Source: Candidatus Aminicenantes bacterium (GTDB lineage Bacteria > Acidobacteriota > Aminicenantia > Aminicenantales > JAFGBC01). Taken from it: a stretch of DNA of 64,000 nt. Shown piece after piece: positions 39,815 through 48,397 of the stretch. Made by a program: the position numbers and the translations under genes. Positions within the stretch are counted from its first letter, which is position 1, and each line of letters starts with the position of its first letter. The notes beneath the pieces are model-generated. The model saw only the letters and a program-made list of their open reading frames with translations, was not told the origin of the DNA and made no database searches. The DNA lies in the NCBI GenBank assembly GCA_963702005.1, contig OY969696.1, positions 832,001 to 896,000 of the forward strand, given 5' to 3'.

Positions 39815-40135
39815 GCTGTTTTTCGGGCGGATTCGCCCCGAATGGCCAGCGCATCGACGAAAACCTCCTTTCCCTCAAAGAGGACGCGCCGGCAGCCGGG
39901 CCGTTCTCAATGAAAATATTCGGCGGCGCCTGTCGGCGGCTGGAACCGCGGCGAGGAATATCAGGCTGCCGATGACGATTGGCCGGTCGGCTTTTTTAAA
40001 TGAAGCGAAAGAGTGCGGGCGACGCCCCGCCCGATTCCGACACGGCGGTTACGCGATTATTCATTTTCCTTGGGAACGGCGCAGATGAACAGGAGGGGCG
40101 GGTCCTTGGTTCTATTCCGGACTGGTGTTTCTCGT

Positions 40136-42166
40136 CTATAGTTTTTTCTTCCAGATTCCGGCGCTGTAGGTTCCGGCGAACAGGGTCCGGCTGGCGGCAT
40201 GAAATTCGAGATGGAGGATGTTTTTATCGATCAGCCCTTCGGAGATGTCGGTCCAGGTCAGGCCCCGGTCCTTGCTCTGAAATACGCCGCCGCTTCCCCC
40301 GCTAAAGATCTCGTTCGGGTTGCTTTTGTTGGCGATGATGGAATATGCGCCGTTCGGGCCCGAGCACTTGGTCCATGTTTGGCCGCCGTCCGCGCTCCGA
40401 TAAATTCCATCCCATGAGGTTCCGGCGTAGACGATGTTCGAGTTTCCCGGATCGACGGCGATGGACTTGATGTCCCTGTAGGTCCAGGGGAGCCGCGTCC
40501 AGGACGCGCCGCCGTTCGTGCTCTTGTAGATAGCCCCGACATTGTAGTCGGAGGTGTAGCCTCCCGCGAAAATAACGCTGGAGTTCGAGGGGTCGAAGGC
40601 CGCGGTGTTGATGGTGTAGGCCGTCTCGTTGGCGATTTTGGCCTGGGTCCAGGTATCACCCCCGTTCGAGGTGAGATACAGCCCGATATAATTCGGGTCG
40701 CTAGACGTGTTGTAAATCCACCCCGAGACCGCGATCCGGCTGGGATTCCGGGGGTCCCCGGCGATTCCGGTGACGTTCTTGTGGAGGATGTTCGTTTTCG
40801 TCTGGGCTCCGTCTACAGACCTGTAGACGTCGTCCTCGCCTCAACCCCCGGCCAGGAAAAAGACCGTCTTTGGGTTCGAAGGATGGACGACAAAACCCAG
40901 AATACTCTCACAGCGGTAAAAATCAGGGCACTTGGTCCAAGCCCCGCCGCCGTTCGCGGTCTTGAACAGGGCGTAGTTCGCGACCTCGGTGTAGATCGTC
41001 TGAGCGGAGGAGGGCGCGACTCCGAAGGAATCAGGCCTGGAGGCCCTGATCCCTGTGTGGCTCGCTTTCCAGAGGATCCCTGCGTTCTGGCTCTTGAAGA
41101 TCCCGGCCCAGGTGCCGCCGATGATCGTGTTGCCGTTCACCAGGAGCCGGGTGCCGTATCCGTAGATCCCGTTTCCGTAATGTGTCCAGGTCTTCCCGCC
41201 GTCCACGCTCTTCCAGCAGCCCCGATCGTTCTCCTCGTTGCCGCTGCCCAGGCCATAGAGCGTGCCGGGCTTGGCCTTATCCACTGCGAGGGCGCTCACG
41301 TTCAAGTAAAATGGTGAGGCTTGGTTCTGCCACGAGCCCCCTCCGTTCGTCGTCCTCGCGACTCCATTACTGTAAGCGACGAAGACGGAGTTCGGGTCTA
41401 TCGGATGGAGGACCAGTCCGTCGGCTCTGGGATTGATGACAGTGCCGGGATTGAAAACAGCGTCCTTGGTGATGTTCTTGTAGCTGCCGCCGCCGTTCGT
41501 GGATTTAAAAATCCCGACCTTCCCTTTGCCCGCTTTAGTATAGTTCCCGCAGAGGTAGATGATATTCGGATTCTTGGGATGGATTCCGATGTCGAGGATG
41601 TCGCCGTACTGGGCCGTCGGCTCGAGCTTGACGATCGTCCAGGTTTGGCCGCCGTTCGCGGACTTGGCGACGGCCGGGCAATAGGCCCACGTCGAAAAAT
41701 TTGTGACGAAATGTCCCGTGATGAAAAAAATCTTCGAGTTCGAGGGATGGATCGCCATGCGGCCGCTGTAGGCCTGAAAACCGAACGGGCAGGCGATGCT
41801 GTCGGGAAAAGTGACGCCCCGGTCCGAGGACTTGAGAATGGCATAGCTCGAGTAAGCGAAGACGACGTTGGCGTTTTTCGGGTCCGTCACTATATCATTG
41901 ATGCTGTTTTGGAGGATAAGGGTCCGCGTCCAGGTCAAACCGTTGTTCGAGGACTTGAAGAATTGAGAGGGATAGACGGCAGCGGAGGCGTAGATCTCGC
42001 TGGGATATTTTGGGTTCCGGGCCAGCCCTCGGACTTCTCCCCCGTAGGGGCCGATGGCCGTCCAGGCGGAGGCGCCGCCGGGCGCCCTGTCAGCCGGCGT
42101 CTCCCGCCCGCCGAAAAGCAGGGCGCAACACAGGACGATGATAGCGACGAGGACAATCCTCTTCAT
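40136..42166 (-). CDS. Secreted Asp-box/BNR (VPS10-like) beta-propeller protein, 676 aa, with in-frame TGA (candidate selenocysteine 442)
   Basis: RBS GGAGGAGG and a signal peptide; K/R-S-x-N/D-G-G-x-T/S-W repeats both before and after TGA 40841-40843; the frame stays open to TAG 40136-40138; SECIS-like hairpin follows the TGA. Confidence 0.85.
40805..40843 (-). promoter_or_regulatory. Bacterial SECIS-like element
   Basis: UGA-GGCGAGGACGA-CGUCUACAGGUCUGUAGACG-GAGCC: hairpin 11 nt after UGA with the apical CAGGUCUG found in E. coli fdhF. Confidence 0.8.
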
Positions 42167-42373
42167 GGCCCTCCTCCCAGGCGGCTTTGAGGCAAATCCC
42201 TTTAGCCAAATAATAGCGCCACAGGCCACGTGCGTCAATCTTAGAGAACTGGATTCACGCGCAAGGTGGAATTCCGGGGACACGATACCGAATTAAGAAA
42301 TTCGATTCATGTCCCCGGAATTCCGGGCCGGTCTTGATTTCGCCGCCGCCTTGCGGATAATATGGTCGGGAAC

Positions 42374-43222
42374 ATGATCAAGGTCATCGTCAACGCCGAC
42401 GATTTCGGCTTCTGCCCGAGCGTCAACGAGGGCATCGTCCTCGCCCACCGCGAGGGGATCCTGACCAGCGCGACCTTGATGGCCAACGCCCCCGGCTTCG
42501 ACCAGGCCGTCGCCCTCTCCCGCGAGAACCCGAACCTGGGCATCGGCGTCCACCTCAACATCGTTCGGGGACGGCCCCTGTCGGACCCCGCCCGGATCTC
42601 GAGCGCGGTCGCCCCGGACGGCCGTTTTTGGGGGAGCGTCTACAAGATCATCCGCAAGCACTATGCGCGCTCCATCCGCCTCGCCGACGTCGAAACGGAA
42701 TGGCGGGCCCAGATTGAGAAGGCCCTGAGGGCCGGGATCGCCGTGACCCATCTCGACAGCGAAAAGCACATGCACACCTTCCCGCCCTACTTCAGGATCG
42801 CGCTCAAGCTCGCCGGCGACTTCAACATCCGGGCCGTCCGCTTCATCAACGAGCGCTGCCTATCCCTCTCGCCGGCCCAAAACGTCAAGTCCTTCTTCAT
42901 CGCGGCCTGCTGCCGTTCGATGCGTAAGACGATTCGCAATCATGGTATAATGACCGTCGACCGCTTCTACGGCGTGTGCCATAGCGGCCGGATGACGGCC
43001 CCCCGGATCCGGAGGATCCTGGAGCGGGCCGGGGAGGGCTGCAGCGAGATCATGGTCCACCCCGGCCGCCTGACGGAGGAGCTCGTGTCTCTGGAGAAGG
43101 AGTTCGGGTCTTATTACATCAACAACCTCCGGGAGGTCGAGTTGGGGGCCCTGCTCGACCCGGACCTCAAGCGCGTCGTCCGCGAGCGCGGGGTCCGGCT
43201 GATCTCCTACGGCGGGATGTGA
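42374..43222 (+). CDS. YdjC/ChbG/HpnK-family carbohydrate deacetylase
   Basis: IVNADDFG, GVHLN, THLDSEKHMH, EIMVHPG. Confidence 0.92.
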   Translation: MIKVIVNADDFGFCPSVNEGIVLAHREGILTSATLMANAPGFDQAVALSRENPNLGIGVHLNIVRGRPLSDPARISSAVAPDGRFWGSVYKIIRKHYARSIRLADVETEWRAQIEKALRAGIAVTHLDSEKHMHTFPPYFRIALKLAGDFNIRAVRFINERCLSLSPAQNVKSFFIAACCRSMRKTIRNHGIMTVDRFYGVCHSGRMTAPRIRRILERAGEGCSEIMVHPGRLTEELVSLEKEFGSYYINNLREVELGALLDPDLKRVVRERGVRLISYGGM

Positions 43223-44220
43223 GAATGAACAGAGTCCGAAACGCCATCGACCTTTCCATCGTCGTCCCCTTCTTCAACGAGGAGGCGAGCATCCCCGAGC
43301 TCTACCGGCGGCTGGCCGACGTCCTCCGCAAGACGCGGCTCCGCTACGAGCTTATCTTCGTCGACGACGGCAGCCGCGACCGGACGCCCCAGGTTCTGGA
43401 CGGCATTTTCCGCAAGGACAAGGCCGTCCACGTCATCCGCCTCAAGAAAAACTTCGGCCAGACGGCGGGGCTGGCGGCCGGGTTCGATTTCGCCCAGGGC
43501 GAGACGATCATCTCTATGGACGGCGACCTCCAGCACGCGCCCGAGGACATTCCCCTCTTCCTGGAGAAGATGAAGGAAGGCTACGACATCGTCAGCGGCT
43601 GGCGCAAGCGCCGGGTCGACAACTTCATCCTGCGCCGGCTTCCCTCGCTTGTCGCCAACCGGATGATGAAGAAGCTCTCGGGCGTCGACATCCACGACTT
43701 CGGGACGACCTTCAAGGCCTACAAGAAGGAGGCCATCAAGAGCGTCGATCTCTACGGAGAGCTCCACCGCTTCATCCCCGCCCTGATCAGCCGGACCGGC
43801 GTCAAGATCGTCGAAATTCCGATCAAGAACATCGTCCGTCCCAAGGGGAAGTCCAAGTACGGGCTGTCCCGGGTCCGGCGGGTCTTCTTCGACTTGATGA
43901 CGGTCAAGTTCCTGATCTCTTTCCTGGATCGGCCCCTTCAGTTTTTCGGCCTGATCGGGCTCATCCTGGGGGGGCTGGGATTTCTGATCGCCCTTCTCCT
44001 GACCCTCGGTTTCTACCTGCTGGGCTGGTCCATCCGGGAGAACATGGGGAATCTCGTCCTGGCCGTGTTCCTGATGATCCTGGGCGTCCAGTTTGTCATG
44101 ACCGGGCTCCTGGCCGAGATGATCTCCCGCATCTACTTCACGACCCATAAAATCAAAATCTATACCCTGGAAAGGGTCCAGACCCACCGGAAAGACGACC
44201 GTGCGGCCCATTCCCGATAA
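43219..44220 (+). CDS. GT2 ArnC-like undecaprenyl-phosphate glycosyltransferase
   Basis: VVPFFNEE, VDDGSRD, NFGQTAG, MDGDLQH, LYGELHRFIP; two C-terminal TM helices. Confidence 0.92.
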   Translation: MRMNRVRNAIDLSIVVPFFNEEASIPELYRRLADVLRKTRLRYELIFVDDGSRDRTPQVLDGIFRKDKAVHVIRLKKNFGQTAGLAAGFDFAQGETIISMDGDLQHAPEDIPLFLEKMKEGYDIVSGWRKRRVDNFILRRLPSLVANRMMKKLSGVDIHDFGTTFKAYKKEAIKSVDLYGELHRFIPALISRTGVKIVEIPIKNIVRPKGKSKYGLSRVRRVFFDLMTVKFLISFLDRPLQFFGLIGLILGGLGFLIALLLTLGFYLLGWSIRENMGNLVLAVFLMILGVQFVMTGLLAEMISRIYFTTHKIKIYTLERVQTHRKDDRAAHSR

Positions 44221-46309
44221 GACAAGGAGCCTCGTCCTCTGGGCGGCCGTCGCCCTGCTGGCCCTGGCCGCGCTCCTGGCCCTCCTCCCCAGGCTCGGGT
44301 CGCTCGCCCTGTGGATGGACGAAGGCTTTCACTGGCTGGCCGCCCGCGGCATCCTGGATCACGGCTACCCGCTTTTTCCCTCGGGCCATGTCTATTACAA
44401 GGCCATCCTCTATACCTATTTTCTCGCCCTTTTTTCCTTGCTCTTCGGGCTCTCGGCGACGAGCCTCCGGCTGGTGAGCGTGCTAGCCTTCGCCGGCCTG
44501 CTGCCGGTCGCCTTCCTGACCGTCAAGCGATTCTTCGGCCGGACGGCCGCCCTGGTCGCGGTCCTCGGCCTCGCCTTCTCCGCCTGGCAGGTCGAATTCG
44601 GCCGAGCCGCCCTCTACTTCGCCCCGCTCCAGGTCGCTTACCTGGCTTGTCTCTACTTGTTCTATAGAGGCTATTTCGAGGAGGACGCCCGGGCGCGGCG
44701 CTGGGCGCTCGTCCTGTTCCTGCTCATCCCGCTCATCCACCAGCTCGGCGTCGGCGTCTGGTTCTGCTTTCCCGCTCTCCTCTTCATCCGCGGAGCCAAG
44801 CGTTTCTTCCGGAAGGACGTCCTCGTGCCGCTGGGCGTCATCACGGGCTTCTACGCCGCGGTCCAGCTCCAAGAATTCTTCTTCTGGCAGGTCGGCTACG
44901 TCTACGAGCGGACCGACCAGAGCCTGAGCGGGCTCGTCCACTACTTCATCTCGGGATTTTCGCTGAGCTACTTTCAGGAGTTTTTCAAGAGCTTCCCGGT
45001 CATGAGCCTGGTCGTGGCCGCCGGATTCTTCCTCTGCCTCGGCGTCCGGCTCCGGGCCGGGGACGATGAAAAACGGTCGGGCGGGGGGATGTTCGGCGTC
45101 CCCTGGCTGTTCATGAACCTCGGCCTCCTCTTCCCCGTCCTGTTCCTGGGCTTCTTCCGCACCCATGTCCAGCCGCGCTACCTGGCCCAGCTCTACCCCG
45201 TCTTCCTGATCCTGTTCGTGGCCGCCCTCTTCGCCCTGGCCGCGGTCCTGTTCGACCTCGTCGTTTCACCCCTCGTTTCGTTCAAGACGGAGGGGCTCCG
45301 CAAGGCCGTGGCCGGGGGGCTGGCCGTCCTCCTCTTCGTCCTCCTGGCGGAGGGAATCGGCGTCGGCCGGGTCGAAAAAATCCTCCAGCGCCGCTACGGC
45401 GATCCCATCGCGTCGGACATCATCACCCGCTCCGGCCGCTTCGAACATTACGATAATGAGGGCGTCGGATCCTATGTCCGCCGCTTCCTCGCGCCCGACG
45501 ACATCGTCATCGCCGTCCACGTCGTGTTCGGATATATTTACGCCGGCCGGGTCGACTACTGGTTGTGGACCGGGGGGCCGGGGACCTGGGACGCCTGGGA
45601 GAAGACGGCCGAAGGCTGGAAGGATTTCTACATCGGCGCGAAGTGGGTCAACACCCTGTCCGACCTGAGGACGATCATCGATGGAAATCCGGCCAAGCGG
45701 ATCTGGCTGATCGCCTCGCCCTCCCTCGATAATCCGGCCCACGTCCGGACGGAGGTCGCGGACTACATCAAGAGCGATCCGGGGCGGCTCGTGTTCCGGG
45801 GCCGGGACGGAATGTCCGGAGTCTATCTCTGGCACGACGCCAAGGGCGAATTCGCCGGACCGCCCCGCAGCCTCGAGGGCGAATGGATTCCGGAACCGCC
45901 CGGCCGGCTCGTGTTCGCCCCCGACGCCTCCAGGCAGTGCGCCCTTCTTCTGGAGAAAAAAAGGATGAGGAGGCCCGCGGCCTTCGAGGCCGCTCTCGAG
46001 GCGAAGCTTCCGGCCGGCCGCTATAAGCTCGTCATGCGCGCTAAGACCGACGAGGCGGGCATCCTGGAGAGGATTTTGGGCGTCTCCCTTCAAGCGGGGA
46101 AGGCAGAGTCCGAGGTCCGTTCCTTCACGGTCGCCGGGTCCGATTTCGAGGGGCCGGACCGCTACCGGGAGTTCGCCTGGGATATCATCCTCGAGCGCGC
46201 TGAACCGCTTGTCCTCAAGTTCCTGTTCACGGGCCGGGCGAACTTGACCCTGGATTATATCGACATCCGGCCCGCCGACGCCGCGGAGAGGGAAGGGGGG
46301 AGGCGATGA
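44201..46309 (+). CDS. GT-C (GT39/ArnT-like) membrane glycosyltransferase
   Basis: LWMDE loop, many TM helices, PRY motif, C-terminal periplasmic domain. Confidence 0.85.
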   Translation: MRPIPDKTRSLVLWAAVALLALAALLALLPRLGSLALWMDEGFHWLAARGILDHGYPLFPSGHVYYKAILYTYFLALFSLLFGLSATSLRLVSVLAFAGLLPVAFLTVKRFFGRTAALVAVLGLAFSAWQVEFGRAALYFAPLQVAYLACLYLFYRGYFEEDARARRWALVLFLLIPLIHQLGVGVWFCFPALLFIRGAKRFFRKDVLVPLGVITGFYAAVQLQEFFFWQVGYVYERTDQSLSGLVHYFISGFSLSYFQEFFKSFPVMSLVVAAGFFLCLGVRLRAGDDEKRSGGGMFGVPWLFMNLGLLFPVLFLGFFRTHVQPRYLAQLYPVFLILFVAALFALAAVLFDLVVSPLVSFKTEGLRKAVAGGLAVLLFVLLAEGIGVGRVEKILQRRYGDPIASDIITRSGRFEHYDNEGVGSYVRRFLAPDDIVIAVHVVFGYIYAGRVDYWLWTGGPGTWDAWEKTAEGWKDFYIGAKWVNTLSDLRTIIDGNPAKRIWLIASPSLDNPAHVRTEVADYIKSDPGRLVFRGRDGMSGVYLWHDAKGEFAGPPRSLEGEWIPEPPGRLVFAPDASRQCALLLEKKRMRRPAAFEAALEAKLPAGRYKLVMRAKTDEAGILERILGVSLQAGKAESEVRSFTVAGSDFEGPDRYREFAWDIILERAEPLVLKFLFTGRANLTLDYIDIRPADAAEREGGRR

Positions 46310-47083
46310 GCCGGGACTACTACGGCAGCATCCACAAGGAGCTTCTTCGAGAAGGACCGGACCTTGTCCGAAAAATACGCGGACATCGTCATCGGCCGCA
46401 AGGGACTCTTCCGGCTCCTCAAGCACGAGCTCATCGTCCTGTGTTTCTCGGGATTGCCCGGCGCGCTGGGCTTCTTTCTGAGGAAGATCTTCTACCCGCG
46501 CTTGTTCGGGAGCGTCGGCCGGGGCGTCGTCTTCGGGCGGAACATCGTCTTCCGCCATCCCGGCAAGATCGCGATCGGCGACAACACGATCATCGACGAC
46601 GGCGTCGTCCTCGACGCAAAGGGGAAGGGGAGCGAAGGGATCCGGATCGGCCGCCACGCCTATATCGGCCGCAACACTATCCTGAGCTGCAAGGACGGCT
46701 CCATCGTCGTCGAGGACTACTGCAACATCTCGGCCAACTGCACGATCCTGTCCGAGACCGAGGTCCGGCTCGGGACGTACTGCTTCCTGGCCGGGAACTG
46801 CTACCTCGTCGCCGGCGGCAACCACCGTTTCGACGACGTCGCGACGCCCATCATGTTCCAGCCCTCGATCACCAAGGGCGGGATCCGGGTCGGGTCGGAC
46901 GTCTGGCTCGGGGCGGGTGCCGTCGTCCTCGACGGGGTCACGGTCGGAAAAGGCGCCGTCATCGGGGCCGGTTCGGTCGTCACCGGCGACGTCCCCGACT
47001 ACGCGGTCGCCCGGGGCGCCCGCCAGCTCAAGATCCTGGGCCGCCGCGGCGAGCCGGAAAATAATAGTCAAAAAAAAGCTTGA
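46306..47083 (+). CDS. Hexapeptide-repeat (left-handed beta-helix) acyltransferase; frameshift near 46343
   Basis: IGDNTIID, VGSDVWLGAGAVVLDGVTVGKGAVIGAGSVV. ATG 46306 overlaps the upstream stop; removing one base joins it to ORF 46364-47083. Confidence 0.85.
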
Positions 47084-47110
47084 CCCTCCCCCTGGGGGAG
47101 GCTCTACCCT
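47080..47110 (+). promoter_or_regulatory. MerR-family (BmrR-type) promoter/operator
   Basis: TTGACC-19 nt-TACCCT with palindrome CCTCCCCC-T-GGGGGAGG (47085-47101) in the long spacer. Confidence 0.8.
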
Positions 47111-47142
47111 GGGACTGAAATTTATGATATGGAGGTATGATC

Positions 47143-47787
47143 ATGAGTCCCACCAAACCCGCCCGGGGCAAGCTGGATTTCAAGAAGGATTTCAAGAAGC
47201 TGTACGCGGCCTCTCCCCAGGAGCCTTCGCTCGTGGACGTTCCGGTCTTCAACTGCCTGATGATCGACGGCCGGGGACATCCCGGGAAATCTCCCGATTT
47301 CCAGAAAAAAATCGAAGTCCTCTTCGGTCTGGCCTACACCTTGAAATTCACGTTCAAGTTCGACAAGAAAAAGCCGCTCGATTTCGCCGTGGCGCCCCTG
47401 TCCGGCCTCTACACGGCCGACGATCCGTCCTGTTTTCTGGACGAGCGCCGTCAAGCGGAATGGAAATGGACGCTGGCCATTCCGCTGCCGGACGAAATCG
47501 GCGCCGCCGCACTGGACAGGGCTAAGGCCGGCCTCCGCGAGAAAAAAAATCCCGAATTCCTGGATCAAGCCTACTTGAAAGTCCTCGACGAGGGGCTTTC
47601 GGTTCAGATCATGCACGTCGGTCCCTACGATAAGGAGGGGCCGACCATCGAGAAGCTCCATGCCTTCATGAAAGAGAACGGCTATAAGTTCAACGGCGCC
47701 CACAACGAGATCTATCTCGGGGACCCGCGCCGTGCCGATCCGGCGAAGCTTAAGACTATCATCCGCCAGCCCGTGAAAAAAGGATAA
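47143..47787 (+). CDS. GyrI-like small-molecule-binding domain protein
   Basis: KLDFKKDFKKLY, IDGRGHP, QIMHVGPYD, HNEIYLGDPRR..KTIIRQP; GGAGG RBS. Confidence 0.9.
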   Translation: MSPTKPARGKLDFKKDFKKLYAASPQEPSLVDVPVFNCLMIDGRGHPGKSPDFQKKIEVLFGLAYTLKFTFKFDKKKPLDFAVAPLSGLYTADDPSCFLDERRQAEWKWTLAIPLPDEIGAAALDRAKAGLREKKNPEFLDQAYLKVLDEGLSVQIMHVGPYDKEGPTIEKLHAFMKENGYKFNGAHNEIYLGDPRRADPAKLKTIIRQPVKKG

Positions 47788-47790
47788 CGG

Positions 47791-47913
47791 ATGCTTTCGA
47801 TCGGCGAGTTCTCCCGGGTGACGCAGATCGAGGAGTACGTCAAGGGACCAGGCTTCATTTTCCGCGGGAACCCCAAGAACTACCTGACCAAGCTCATGGT
47901 GCTCTTATCCTGA
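47791..47913 (+). pseudogene. Internally deleted MerR/GyrI (BmrR-like) regulator remnant, 40 codons
   Basis: MLSIGEFSRVTQ (MerR N-terminus) fused directly to EEYVKGPGFIFRGNPKNYLTKL (GyrI-type C-terminus). Confidence 0.75.
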
Positions 47914-48297
47914 CAAAGATTCCCGTCTTCCTCGGAAGGGCTCGGGGCAGGATGGCTCGAAGGCACGTTCGCTTTCCCCAGACAGACTCGGCCGATGGGA
48001 TTCGAAGGACGCGAAATGATCCCAGCGAGCCCATTTCGCTCCGGCTTCGGGTCTCGCTCCCCTCAAGAGAGGAACCATGCCCGCTCGACCCTCCGACGGC
48101 CTTCTCCACCCCATCGACCTCGCCTGTTCCCCCTTTTCACATTCATGCCCGCTCGGTCTCTCATACGGCCTTCTTCACCATCCTCCCCTCGCCCTTACCT
48201 CAGGAGCTGATGTTGACCATTCCACCCAAAAAATTGACAGGCGGGGCCGATTATGTTAATTTGGCCGGTTTCATAACGCGTTTTGGGAGTCTGTCCG

Positions 48298-48387
48298 ATG
48301 AAGAAGTGGTTTCTGATCCTTCTGGGCGTCGTGGGCGCCGTGGCCGCCGTCCTGACCTTCCAGAAGATCCGTAAAAATAAGTCTTAA
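48298..48387 (+). CDS. Small single-TM protein, 29 aa (MKKWFLILLGVVGAVAAVLTFQKIRKNKS)
   Basis: TTGACA promoter at 48234, GGGAG RBS, host-like GC-rich third positions, stop 10 nt before the next gene. Confidence 0.65.
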   Translation: MKKWFLILLGVVGAVAAVLTFQKIRKNKS

Positions 48388-48397
48388 AGGCGGGCCC

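Noticed and set aside
39968-39997. Rho-independent terminator GCCGA...TCGGC-TTTTTT
   Set aside because: Weak stem, and oriented on + while both flanking genes are on the minus strand.
40841-40843. Genome-wide TGA reassignment (genetic code 4 or 25) as the explanation for the read-through
   Set aside because: Many genes here end at TGA at their expected C-termini, some with ATGA/GTGA coupling (e.g. 39508, 43222, 46309, 58600). No other gene I examined shows an internal TGA.
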